From contig NC_057720.1 in the NCBI RefSeq assembly GCF_004010195.1, positions 23,052,567 through 23,116,566 on the forward strand: a stretch of DNA of 64,000 bases. The letters are read 5' to 3'. A program made the translations under genes and the position numbers. This document shows, one piece after another, positions 51,042 through 63,530 of the stretch (position 1 is the first letter of the stretch; each line of letters begins with the position of its first letter). Under the pieces are notes generated by a model that was not told where the DNA came from, made no database searches, and saw only the letters and a list, made by a program, of their open reading frames with translations. Source of the DNA: Chiloscyllium plagiosum. Lineage: Eukaryota.

Positions 51042-52128
51042 ATTCTGGATGCAGGTTTGCTTGCTGAGCTGGAAGGTTCATTTTCAGATGTTTCATCACC
51101 ATACTAGGTAACATCATCAGTTAGCCTCCGGATGAAGTGCTGGTGGCATGGTCCACTTTTTATTTATGGATTTAGGTTTCTGTGGGTTGGTGACATAATT
51201 TCCTGTGGTGATGTTATTTCTCTTTTTTTTCTCGGAGGGTGGTAAATGAGATCCAAGTCAATGTATTTGTGATAAAGTTCCAGTTAGAATGCCATGCTTC
51301 TAGAAATTCTCATGCATGTCTTTGTTTGGCTTGTCCTAGAATGGATGTGTTGACCCAGTCAAAGTGATGTCCTTCCTCTTCTGTATGTAAAGATACTAGT
51401 GAGAGTGGGTCATGTCTTTTTGTTGCTAGTTGATGTTCATGTATCCTGTTGGCTAGGTTTCTGCCTGTTTGTTCAATGTAGTGTTTGTTACAGTTCTTGC
51501 AAGGTATTTTGTAAATGATGTTAGTTTTGCTTGTTGTCTATATAGGATCTTTCATGTTCATTAGCTGCTGTTTTAGTGTGTTGGTGGGTTTGTGGGCTAC
51601 CATGATGCCACGAAGTCTGAGTAGTCTGGCAGTCATTTCCAAGATGCCTTTCATATAGGGGAGAGTTGCTAAGGTTTCTGGATGTGTTTTGTCTGCTTGT
51701 TGGGATTTGTTGCTGAGAAATCAGCAGGCTGTGTTCATTGGGTACCCATTCGTTTTGAATACACAGTATAGGTGATTTTCCTCTGTGCTGTAGTGCGTGG
51801 TGGCTTGTTGAAATAATGTTTTAATGCAGCTTTGTTTGTGGATGTTGGGATGATTGCTTCTGCAGTTCAGTATTTGGTCCATATGGGTTGTTTTTTCTGT
51901 AGACACTGGTTTGAAGATCCCCATTGGCTGTTCGCTCTAATGCAACTTCTAGGAATGGCAGTTTATTGTTGTTTTTTTTCTCTTGTGATTTTTATGCCAA
52001 TGAGGGTATTATTGATGGTCTGTTGATAGAGGAAACCTTCAAGATATCTGAAAACGAACTTTCCAGCTCAGCGAGCAAATCTACATCCAGAACCTCAACC
52101 TGAGTTACGAATCTTCTCAAAACTCGCT
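51042..52128 (-). mobile_element. Penelope-like element 3' part (RT C-terminus, GIY-YIG, pLTR) with an inverted pLTR piece
   Basis: Minus frames KTTHMDQILNCRSNHP..HKQSCIKTLF and NIIYKIPCKNCNKHYIEQTGRNLANRIHEH. 52046-52092 is inverted relative to 51044-51090. TSD aactaaataaa (51031-51041, 52129-52139). Confidence 0.9.
51084..51123 (-). ncRNA. Minimal hammerhead motif (slightly decayed) in a Penelope pLTR
   Basis: uaa-CUGAUGA-u-GUUACC-uaguau-GGUGAU-GAAAC-AUC-uga. Confidence 0.6.
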
Positions 52129-53789
52129 AACTAAATAAAGTCTAATATGATATTTCATTCAAGTGCATTATCTTTTCTAACAGCAATCATTGGAATTCAT
52201 TCATAATGGCAGATCAATAGTTTATAACCTCCCAAACTGAGATGGAAGTCACCACATTGTGATAATAGATGGTTGTTAAATCATGTTAGTCCAGTAGTGG
52301 AAATCCACAAGTTGATGTCAGCAGAAACAAAAATTTAAAGTTCAAACAAACTTTTCAATAATTTAAAATGAATGACTTTTAAATACCTTAACATCTTAAC
52401 ACCTCCCTCTAACAGGTGATTTAGTCATATTCGTTCCATATTTTTACCAGTTCTTTTCAATAGGTCCTCTTGACAGGTGCTTTTGAAAGTTTAGGAAGTT
52501 CATTTGAAGAGGTTTGATGACCATTTCAAACAGCTTGCCAGAAACACATTTCTGCACTTTTTAATGGCCATTTATGCGTAGTGTTAACAATTCCAAAACA
52601 TCCTAGCTTCCTGGCAGGTGTCCTGGAATCAGATCCAATGCGATACCCCAGTTTATTCAAAACAATTCAGAAATTGCAGATGTACTGTCGCCAAGCCTAC
52701 TCTGCACATTTCAGATTTCACATGCCTAGGCCACCAAACCTCCACTTCCATATGGGCAATAGATCAATCAAATGGGTAGTTGCTTTCATAAAATGCCCCC
52801 ATTCTTGCCCCAGAGAAACTGAGAAGTGTTATGTTCAGAGGCAAAACTCTTATTTTTGAGCAGTTCTACAACTTATTTTAACAACTGTCTCTTTGTCTTG
52901 GGAAAATGTGATCCATTATTTCCAATTCCCAATCTTTCCCTAAAATTTGGTGAATGCTCCAAGTACTGTGAATGTCTTATGAAGACAACTATAGGCACCA
53001 CAGCTCCATCAAGGAAATAACGGAAATTGATTCCTCATTGTTTAAGTTTCTTCTCACATTTATAACTTTCACCTTCTTAAACACAGGTCACCGTTTAGAT
53101 TAAACATAGTTTAGATATGTTTATCAGCCATATACCAAGTGTTTCCATTATCTTGCATGTAACGATTTCAATCACTGATAAAGTAGCCATATTGGCAAAT
53201 CCTAAAACAAATCCATCTTGAAATTAGAAGCTTTACAGTACTTGGTGAACAAAATAAAATGTTAAGACAGTATGACTTCGAATAATAGATACAGTACGTA
53301 TTTATATTATTTCCAAACAAATATATTATTATATGATGTTGGGGGGTTTAATTTAAATCAAGATGCAGTATTTTATTTTTCAGTACAATGCCAAATTCTT
53401 AAAATAGTATGAATTCCTGTTGATTCAGAATGAAATGACAGACTAAATTTTCTTTCAATGATTAAAAATAGAGTTTGACACAGGAATACCTGGTGCACCA
53501 ACTTGTCTGATCGAATCAATTATCAGTCAAGCTTTTAAATGGATGTCCATTAAGTGTGAATCGTAGTTGCAATTTATTGGTAGAAATAGGCAGATGCACG
53601 ATGCATGTTGATGATACTTTCTCGAGGCATGTGAAGGCCTAATGAACAGTCCTTGAAAGGTTTGGCATTTCAAGACTAGGTGTCACAGTTATTATGTAGT
53701 AGACCTTAAAGAAACATGTTTATGATATCATTACTGCATCATAACATGTGCCCTGAGGGTATAAAGTTCTCAGATTCCATTTAAGGTTT

Positions 53790-54050
53790 CAGTGAGGCGT
53801 TTGATATGGTTCCCCACGGTAGGCTATTGCACAAAATAAGGAGGCATGGGATTGAGGGTGATTTTGCGGTTTGGATCAGAAATTGGCTAGCTGAAAGAAG
53901 ACAGAGGATGGTGGTTGATGAGAAGTATTCATCCTGAGTTCAGTAATTAGTGGGGTACAGCAAGGAACTGTTTTGGGTCCACTCTGTTTATCACTTTTAT
54001 AAATAACCTGGACGAGGGCCTAGAAGGATGGGTTAGTAAATTTGTGGATA
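53790..54050 (+). mobile_element. CR1 RT fragment
   Basis: FSEAFDMVPHGRL, GVQQGTVLGPL and EGWVSKFVD. Confidence 0.8.
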
Positions 54051-54142
54051 TTGTTGATCTGAAGTTTAAATGTAGCAACAGTAACATTAACATTACAAAG
54101 TCCTAATCATGGCAGGAGCTTATGTCTCTCCTGCTGCTTGAT

Positions 54143-55627
54143 TATAGAGTCATAGTCATAGAGATGTACAGCATGGAAACAGACCCTTCAGTCCAACCCG
54201 TCCATGCCGACCAGATATCCCAACCCAATCTAGTCCCACCTGCCAGCACCCGGCCCATATCCCACCAAACCCTTCCTATTCATATACCCATCCAAATGCC
54301 TCTTAAATGTTGCAATTGTACCAGCCTCCACCACATCCTCTGGCAGCTCATTCCATACATTTATTACCTTCTGCATGAAAAATTTGCTCCTTAGGTCTCT
54401 TTTATATCTTTCCCCTCTCACCCTAAACCTATGCCCTCTAGTTCTGGACTCCCCGACCCCAGGGAAAAGACTTTTTCTATTTATCCTATCCATGCCCGTC
54501 ATAATTTTGTAAACCTCTATAAGGTCACCCCTCAGNNNNNNNNNNNNNNNNNNNNNNNNNNNNNNNNNNNNNNNNNNNNNNNNNNNNNNNNNNNNNNNNN
54601 NNNNNNNNNNNNNNNNNNNNNNNNNNNNNNNNNNNNNNNNNNNNNNNNNNNNNNNNNNNNNNNNNNNNNNNNNNNNNNNNNNNNNNNNNNNNNNNNNNNN
54701 NNNNNNNNNNNNNNNNNNNNNNNNNNNNNNNNNNNNNNNNNNNNNNNNNNNNNNNNNNNNNNNNNNNNNNNNNNNNNNNNNNNNNNNNNNNNNNNNNNNN
54801 NNNNNNNNNNNNNNNNNNNNNNNNNNNNNNNNNNNNNNNNNNNNNNNNNNNNNNNNNNNNNNNNNNNNNNNNNNNNNNNNNNNNNNNNNNNNNNNNNNNN
54901 NNNNNNNNNNNNNNNNNNNNNNNNNNNNNNNNNNNNNNNNNNNNNNNNNNNNNNNNNNNNNNNNNNNNNNNNNNNNNNNNNNNNNNNNNNNNNNNNNNNN
55001 NNNNNNNNNNNNNNNNNNNNNNNNNNNNNNNNNNNNNNNNNNNNNNNNNNNNNNNNNNNNNNNNNNNNNNNNNNNNNNNNNNNNNNNNNNNNNNNNNNNN
55101 NNNNNNNNNNNNNNNNNNNNNNNNNNNNNNNNNNNNNNNNNNNNNNNNNNNNNNNNNNNNNNNNNNNNNNNNNNNNNNNNNNNNNNNNNNNNNNNNNNNN
55201 NNNNNNNNNNNNNNNNNNNNNNNNNNNNNNNNNNNNNNNNNNNNNNNNNNNNNNNNNATACAAATATCTCAGCAAGAGGCTCAGCAATCACTTCTCTAGC
55301 TGCTGACAGAGTTCTCGGGTACACCTGATCAGGTCCTGGGGAGTTATCCATCTTTTACGGTTTCAAGACATCCAGCACTTCCTCCTCTGTAATCTGGACA
55401 TTTTGCAAGATGTCACCATTTATTTCCCTACAGTCTATATCTTCCATATCCTTTTCCACAGTAAATACTGATGCAAAATATTCATTTAATATCTCCCCAT
55501 TTTCTGTGGCTCCAAATAAAGGCCGCCTTGCTGATCTTTGAGGAGCCCTATTCTCTCCCCAGTTACCCTTTTGTCCTTAATACATGTGTAAAACCTCTTT
55601 GGATTCTCCTTAATTCTATTTGCCACA
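54143..55627 (-). mobile_element. 5'-truncated CR1 LINE, gap at 54536-55257
   Basis: DNSPGPDQVYPR and LRGDLIEVYK...GAGRWD; near-identical to 45415-46717. Confidence 0.93.
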
Positions 55628-56414
55628 AGATTCCACAAGACATGCTGAAGAATGTAGTTACATAATTAATGAGATGAAGAGCTGAAGATTGTATAAGATT
55701 AATCATTGTGGATCATGGAGGGCCAGGTAACATGAACTAAACTTGAAAAAAAAAACAATTTGCCAAAACATGAGAAAGTTTAGCCCTCTGAGTTTCAAAC
55801 TTTTGTCCCTAATTCCAAGAGCTGAACAGACCTATATTTTTTAAAAATGGCTCAAATAAACTCTTTCCATCAGTTTAAAATAAGGGCCAACAAGTGTCAC
55901 CCTACCTTTGTAACTGTGGTCATGCAGGCCAGCTGCCTCATCTTATTCCACAGGGCCCCAGAAACCAACACTTCATTGCATAAATGACCCACAGATGGCC
56001 TTAGATAGGGAGAAGTTATGCAAACAACGTTCATTATATCTTCTTACTGATAATACCAACCATCAGAAAAGCTTTCACCCACTACGCCCAGGAACACAAA
56101 ACAATTAAATTGGGTTGGGCTATTTGGTCGGCATGGATGGGTTGGATTGAAGTGTCTGTTTCCATGCTGTACATCTGACTCTATAAATGTTTCTAGCAGA
56201 ATATCATTCTGTCCATTTAAAAACAGATATTTTGTTCTACAGATGCAGTCATGTCAGTTAATAAATGTCAACTTTTTCAAAGTACAAGATTCTTGAGTAA
56301 AGACAAGGTGCCTTACTCAGTTCAAGTCACTAAATTTGAACTTCTTATTTACTTATTTGAAGCTGAAAAAAAACCCATAAATTTAACATAATGTAATTAA
56401 GACATTATGTTGAA

Positions 56415-57480
56415 GGAGCAGTTGTAGGCCATTCAGCCCATTGTGTCTTCTCCTTTATTCAACGAGTTTGTGGCTGGTCTAATAACCTACAACTTCACTT
56501 TTCTGCCTTTTGTCCATAAATCTTGATTTCTTTGAGTCTATCTCAGCCTCAAATATATTTAATGGCCTAATCTTGATCATGCTCTGTGCTAAAGAATTCA
56601 CTACTCGCTGAGAGAAAATAACTCCTCCTCATCTCTGTCTTAAACATGCAACCCCTTATTTTGAGATTTTGCCCTCTGATGCTAGACTGCTAACAAGGAA
56701 TATGGGGTCAAGTGCTGGAAAATGGGACTAGATTTGGTTAGGATATCTGAATGGCATAGATGAGTTGGAGCAGAGGGTCTGTTTCCATGCTGTACATCTC
56801 TATGACTCTATGACCCTAAGTGGAAACAACCTCTGTGCATTCACTTGATCAAGTCCCCTAAGAATTCTATATGTTTCAATAAGGTTACCTCCTATTCTTA
56901 AATCCAATCTACTCAACTTCTCCTCTTAATGCAAAATATTACTTCATTGAATGCAGTTTAGAGAATGATCCCAACTATGGAGGGACTGTCTTATGAGCAA
57001 AGGCTAAACAGGTTTTAACTCTTCTTAGAAGCATGAGAGGTGATGTTGTTGAAATATATAGGAATCTTAAGGGGATTGACAAGGTAAAAGCTGCTATGTT
57101 TTCATGAGAGGGTCTGGGACCAGAGATCATGGTCATGGATATCAATTTAAGACTGAGAAGAAGATGAATTTCTTCTCTTAGAGAGTTGTGACACTTTGGA
57201 ACTCCTTACCACAGAAAGCTGTGGGACTAGAGTCCTTGTGTATATTTAAGGCTGAGATAGATTCTTGATCAGTTGAAGAATGAAGAATTATGGGGAAAGG
57301 GTTGGAAAGTGGATGTGTGGAATATTGGATCAGCCATGGTGCTGCTGTAAAGTGAAATAGGCTCTGAGAGCCAAATGGCCTTCTCCTTTTCCTATTTCTA
57401 TGGATTATGGTCTTATGGACAGTCCTTACATACCCAGTATCTGTCTAGTGAACCTTCTATGAACTGCCTCCAATTCCAGT
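56415..57480. mobile_element. Nest of CR1 3' fragments in both orientations
   Basis: A minus-strand CR1 tail is interrupted by plus-strand tails at ~56697-56815 and ~56950-57418. Confidence 0.65.
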
Positions 57481-57530
57481 TTTAAAACACTCACAGTTGC
57501 TTAAGTCAAACCCTTTGGCAACCTCGGGGT

Positions 57531-57755
57531 GAGTGCTTCTCAAATCATTATCCACTGTGACCCCATTTTGAGGCTTGAAATTTCTTATGATAATCTTCAG
57601 TAACAACTGTGAGAACATGGGTCTGTTAGAGCAGGCGCACAGCTGCTATCGCTTGGTCAGAGCTCGATGATGGCTATTGCTATCTCAAAGCCTGTAAAAC
57701 CAAAGTTTCAGATCACAACCCCACTCAGGATGCCACTCGATTTTGGGAAGCCCTG
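57531..57755. mobile_element. Possible hAT/Charlie-type MITE relic
   Basis: Imperfect TIRs gagtgcttctcaaa / tttgggaagccctg. No TSD seen. Confidence 0.4.
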
Positions 57756-59241
57756 CTACAGATCATTAAACTAGGCCAGTTCCTCACAAGCATTTGCTCT
57801 GTTTATTATCTTCCTTGCAGAAATTCAGATAACATTGTTTAAAAAGATAGCTAAAACCAGATCCTACAATGTTACTCCAAACTGGTTTTAAATCTAAACT
57901 CAAAGGGTTATGTTGTAACTCAGTCCTGAAGCCAAAATTGATATTGTGGAATGAGTCCACATAGTAACATCGTAGCCCCTTCTCCCACCCCCACATTTCT
58001 CTCAATTACACACACCAGCGTCCCTTTCATATCTGGGACCCGGACTGAACACAATCCCTGACAAACAGGATGAGCATCTTTTATTTTATCTGTGAAATGC
58101 AGTGAAATTAATTCATGTGCTTGCCCCAAGGCAGCGAAAGTGCCAATAATTCAGACAATTTGGCACTAAATTGCCAGTTTCAGTCAGGTATATGGGAAGC
58201 TGAAAGCTGGCCTTGCTGCTGCAGATGTGTTTCATTCAAATTCGAGTTGAAACGTGTTTTTTGAGAAGTGCAGATGGATCTTTACCTCTGGCTCTTTTAT
58301 AACTGACCTAAGAATGCTTCATGCTGACATTGGGTGGTCAGAGTAGAAGAGCATTCCATTCCAAAGCAATGACTTCCTCACTTTGATGAGCACTTAGCAT
58401 CAGCATTAAGCGATTACCGATCAGGTGTAGCAAAGAATAAATGCAGGTTGAAGCTCCCTCCACAGCAATGCACCTCAAGTACAATCATAAAAGCACCCAG
58501 GCACTTCAGCAGTGTGGATTTTACACTGTAGAATTTCAGTGTTAGACTACCTATTTAGTGTTATCAGTGGGACATTAGATGGTTTTACACTACTCATTTC
58601 TTCCTACTGGGTCTGGGGTCAGATTATAAAAACTCATTTTACTTGAAACCATTATACCTGACAGACAGAAGAAATTTTCTTTATTCCACTGACTTGTTCT
58701 GAATTCAAACTCAGCTATGTGAGGCAGAGGACAGTTTTTTTTTTAAATCCACTACATATGTAGCTATTAATTCTGATGATAATTCATAGGATCTTTTCTA
58801 AGATTCAGTTGGAACTGCTGTTACAAGTAATTGTACTTTCATTTCAAGTTTGTGAGCTGAATTAGTCATATGCAGTTTGGCATTCTCCGAAGGTTGAACT
58901 AAGTCTAAGTGTGGATGGTATGGAAATTGGATTGTGACAAATTGATTTTACAAGTATCAAACCCGTGTCTTCATGGTGGTGCCAAATTTGTTGGTTGTAT
59001 CAAAAGTGTGCTGCCATGGGGAATTCATGAGACATCCAGGGCCACACCAGACTATTTGATGAACAAATTATAGTATTAGAACAAGCAAAACGAACCTGTT
59101 TTGAAATTGGTTTGCCAAAGCCCTTGACTTCCTGATCATATGAAGCACAGCAGCAAATTATATTACCAAAAGTCAGGTAGGAACCTACAGGATGTTATTT
59201 AAAGGTAAACAGGGAAGGTATTGTTTTGAGCTTTTATTATT

Positions 59242-59377
59242 TTATGATTTGGAGATGCTGGTGTTGGACTGGGGTGTACAAAGTTAAAAATCACACAACA
59301 CCAGGTTATAGTCCAACAGGTTTAATTGGAAGCACACTAGCTTTCGGAGCGACGCTCCTTCATCAGGTGATCACCTG
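59242..59377 (-). mobile_element. pLTR-type insert (third family)
   Basis: Contains the intact hammerhead below; ends in the palindrome caggtgatcacctg (59364-59377). Confidence 0.7.
59335..59369 (-). ncRNA. Intact minimal type I hammerhead ribozyme motif
   Basis: cac-CUGAUGA-a-GGAGC-guc-GCUCC-GAAAG-CUA-gug: perfect stem I and stem II, palindromic AGCU helix III, NUH triplet CUA. Confidence 0.8.
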
Positions 59378-60072
59378 TTCCAGAACTGATCTGTAAGCTC
59401 TGGAGATAATTCTGTTTTGAAAATGATCTTACTCCAGTTATAGTCTGTTAGCAATGCTTTGAAGATTACTGCTACTTAATACTGAACAACAATGAAAACA
59501 GGAGATGACACAACAGGATGCTGCAAGGGAGACCATACGCACAATGTAATATTTGGACAGCACAATTTGTCTCTCAAGAACATAAAGAATATAGTGTAGA
59601 GCATCTGGTCTTCACCAAAAAGTCTTTAACAAAGCTGTTGCCTGTTGCAGCCAAAAACAATGAGTTAATTTTAATTACAGCAAACCTTTTATTAACTGGT
59701 GCCTATTGAACCAGGACTGTGCCAGTTGATCAAATATTCTGGATAATCAAGAGACACACATAACCGCAGTAAACTCTGACCAAGCAAAGTTTCGAGACAT
59801 CAGCATCATTCAAAAAAGTCTGTGTAAAAACATCAACACACCGCCTAAAATCAATGTAAAAACATACAGGAAGTAATAGAAATGTAATCCAGGAGATATA
59901 CATATCACTGTTACACTTTATTGACAGAATAAATACTCTAACATCACAGTAGATCGTGGTATTTGAGGTATATAATTTTTGCCAGTTTTTATAATGTTCT
60001 AGGCTCCACAGGCGATATCGGCAGCATTCTGCAGTTAGACTGCAGACCACTTTCAAAGATGTCAAGCTCTCA

Positions 60073-60860
60073 CGAGGTGCTGCATTTTGGGAAGAGAAAC
60101 CTTAGCAGGACTTATGCACTTAATGGTAAGGTCTGGAGGAGGGTTGTTGAACAGAGACCTTGGAGTGCAGGTTCATAGCTTCTTGAAAGTAGAGACGCAG
60201 ATAGATAGGATAGTGAAGAAGGTGTTTGGTATGCTTTCCTTTATTGGTCAGAATATTGAGTACAGGAGTTGGGAGGTTATGTTACAGCTGTAAAGGACAT
60301 TGGTTAGGCCACTGTTGGAATATTGCATGCAATTCTGGTCTCCTTCCTAACAGAAAGATGTTGTGAAACTTGAAAGGGTTCAGAAAAGATTTACAAGGAT
60401 GTTGCCAGGGTTGGAGGATTTGAGCTGTAGGGAGAGGCTGAACAGGCTGAGGCTGTTTTCCATGGAGTGTCAGAGGCTGAGGGGTGACCTTATAGACGTT
60501 TATAAAATCATGAGGGGCATGGATAGGATAAATAGAAAAAGTCTTTTCCCTGGGGTCGGGGAGTCCGGAACTGGAGGGCATCGGTTTAGGGTGAGAGGGG
60601 AAAGATGTAAAAGAGATTTAAGGGGCAACTTTTTCATGCAGAGGGTGGTACGTGTATGGAATGAGCTGCCAGAGGGACTGATGGAGGTGAGTACAATTGC
60701 AACATTTAAAAGGCATCTGAATAGGTATATGAATAGGAAGGGTTTGGAGGGATATGGGCCGGATGCTGGCAGGTAGGACTAGAGTGGGTTAGAATATGTG
60801 GTCGGCATGGGTTGGACCAAAGGGTCTGTTATCCGTGCTGTACATCTCTATGACTCTATA
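60073..60860 (+). mobile_element. 5'-truncated CR1 LINE
   Basis: EVLHFG, RDLGVQVH, LERVQKRFTRMLPG; CR1 tail. Confidence 0.95.
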
Positions 60861-61139
60861 ACTCTCGATTCACAACACATACGCCATTGTCCCATGCTTG
60901 TATATAACACAAACTGGGCGTCAAGAAATCTGTACTCTCTGACCATGATACACCAGCAAATAAGCAACATGTCCAGCAGCAGTTAACTGGTTCTTGTGGA
61001 AATGTTGCTTTCAAAAGGTCCACCATTAAAATATTCTTATCCTCTTTAACAAATCAAAGTTTGATGGAAATGTTCACCAAAGTAATGATTCATCAGCAGC
61101 ATGTGCATTATTCACACCTTTAAAGGCTGATGTAGAGGT

Positions 61140-62125
61140 AATGTCAGTGAATGAGTAACACAAGCTAGTGTGACAGGGCGATGGGTTCAAATCCACTTCA
61201 ATTTAAGTAGCAATGCATAAGCATGGCACGGTGGCTCAGTGGTTAGCACTGCTGACTCACAATGCCAGGGACTTAGGTTCGATTCCAGCCTTAGGTAACT
61301 GTCTGTATGGAGTTTGCATGTTCTCCCTGTGTCTGCATGGGTTTCGTCCGGGTGCTCCCGTTTCCTCCTACAGTCGAAAGATGTGCAGGTTAGGTGCATT
61401 GGCTATGCTTGCCCATAGTGTTCAGGGAGTAGTGTAAGTTGTGCTCATTAGTCAGGGAGCAGGCCCTTCAGCCCAACAAGGCCGTACCGACCTTTCAAAG
61501 AGTAACCCACCCAGACCCATTCCCCTAACTTATTATCTTTTTTTACTCCTGACTAATGCACCTAACCTACACATCCCTGAGCACTGCAATTTAGCATTGC
61601 CAATTCACCTAACCTGCACATCTTTGGACAGTGGGAGGAAACCAGAGCCCCGGAGGAAATCCGCACCAACACAGGGAGAATGTGCAAACTCCACACAGAC
61701 AGTCACCCAAGTCTAGAATCCAACCCAGGTCCCTGACGCTGTGAGGCAGCACTGCTAACTACTGAACCACCGTGCCACATGAAATAGGTGGGATGGGTCT
61801 GGGTGGGTTACCCTGGTGTGGACTTGTTAGGTCAAATAGCTTGTTTACACACTGTAGGGATTCTATGAATACTGGAATATGTAGACAGTATCAGCAATGG
61901 CAACTATGCAACCAACACCAATTGTTGTAAAAACCCACCTAAATCAATAATGTCCTATAGGGAGAGAAAGCTGCCATCTTTGGGTCTGTCCTACATGTAA
62001 TTCCAGATCCACCTCAATTTGATTACCCATCCTCTGAAATAGCCTAACAATCCACTAATTCAAAGGCAAGTGAATTGGGTGACAGGTGTGAGTCTTGCTA
62101 GCAATGCTGACATCCAATGAAGTAA
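61140..62125 (+). mobile_element. Short tRNA-headed bipartite element containing two nested V-SINEs
   Basis: B-box gggttcaaatcc at ~61182; body at 61870-62060 resembles 16240-16430; tail ...gctgacatccaatgaa. Confidence 0.6.
61224..61868. mobile_element. Plus-strand V-SINE with a minus-strand V-SINE (61459-61778) inserted
   Basis: Head and V-domain 61224-61458, inverted copy, then remaining tail 61780-61868. Confidence 0.88.
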
Positions 62126-62404
62126 TCAACGAAGGATGCAGGAAGTATGGTGTTAAGAAGTTACCCCAATTTTTATCCCTCAGGAATATTCCTGAGGCTT
62201 TTGTGCCACTCAGTTAGTAAGATTACCTGAACCCACAAAGATTGGTTGTCATTGGTCCATTCACAGTTGCAATAAATGCAACATTGAGTTTTCTAGTACT
62301 CGGCCGGATTGAATTTAAAGTCTGAGGTAATTACCCCATCCAATGGCTGGAAAGCTGGTCACAATTTCAGTGCAATGGGATTAAATGTCAATCAAGCAGT
62401 TAAG

Positions 62405-62680
62405 ATAAAGTGAGAGGAAAGAGATTTCAAAAATACATGAGGGAGAAATATTTTACACAGAGGGTCATTCATATTTGAAATGAATTTCCTGAGGAAGTGT
62501 TGGATGTGGGTACAAACGACAGTGTTTAAAAGATATTTTGATAAGTACATGAATAGGACATGTTTGGAGGGATATGGGCCAGGAGCAGGCAGCTGGGACT
62601 AGTTTAGTTTGGGATTCCTTTCAGCATGGACTGGTTGGACCGCAAGGTCTGTTTTCATGCTGTATGACTCCATAACTCTA
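62405..62680 (+). mobile_element. CR1 3' fragment
   Basis: Matches 37450-38030 once the nested SINE is removed. Confidence 0.8.
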
Positions 62681-62849
62681 AGTAACAACTCTCAGAGCTT
62701 CCAAGAGGTTAAAGACAAAAAAACTTTCCTTGTGTCATTAGCTATTCCCCCCAGTCCAAGAGATACTAACAATCAGAGACTGACAGCTCTTCAGTGTCAA
62801 CAGTGTGACGAGGAGTAGTGCCTGGTTTTGCTGTTTTCCACAGGCACTT

Positions 62850-63530
62850 GGTGTTACAAACACAGACAAGGCTGAAGAACATACATGTGTGGGTTAGACT
62901 ATCAGTCAGCAGTCCCTGGGAACTGGTACATGGTGGCATTTGATGTGGAGGATAATAAGAGGCCCTTTCAGTGGCTGCAGTCCTTGATATTAAGTTTCCT
63001 TTGGGCACCACAGTGTATTCAATCAGGGAACCCTCTTCCTGAGCTTGCAAGAAAAATGTCAGTGTGCCTTGTTTGGCCTCCATATCATGCAATGAATGGT
63101 CTATTATCAGCTGGGTGATACAATGGCCACAATGTAATCAATGGCACCCTGCAGCATGGTGGAGCCTGGAATCTTCATGAAGCCTTCTACCTGTCTCCCT
63201 TTGCCAAGAGAGAATGGAGTGCACTTAAGTCTCACGGAGCCACAGTCTCAGTGACCTTGCTTACGTGACAGTAGACAGCAAAGTAGAAGATAATGCAAAT
63301 ATTACCTGCTTTGACATGTCAGGAGTTAAATGTTTAAAAGTCCTCAGCCATAGTCATCTTCACAGCTACAGTAATGCTGCCCTTCTTCTGCTTTGAGCCT
63401 GCAATTATGTATTATGTGGCACATTTCAGTGAGGATGTCCATGGTGAAATGGAAACATACTGTTTCTCACTTGGAATAGGATAACTGATTACACACCTCC
63501 CTGTGCAGATATTACTTCCTTCTGTATACA
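62850..63530 (-). pseudogene. Harbinger (HARBI1-like DDE) transposase relic
   Basis: Minus frames: FTMDILTEMCHI, VAVKMTMAEDF...AGNICIIFYFAVYCHVSKVTE, LQGAIDYIVA (cf. GAIDCTHVA) and QLIIDH. Confidence 0.72.

Noticed and set aside
59730..60065. 111-aa minus-strand ORF in unique sequence
   Set aside because: No recognisable domain, non-ATG start, and no convincing splice signals.
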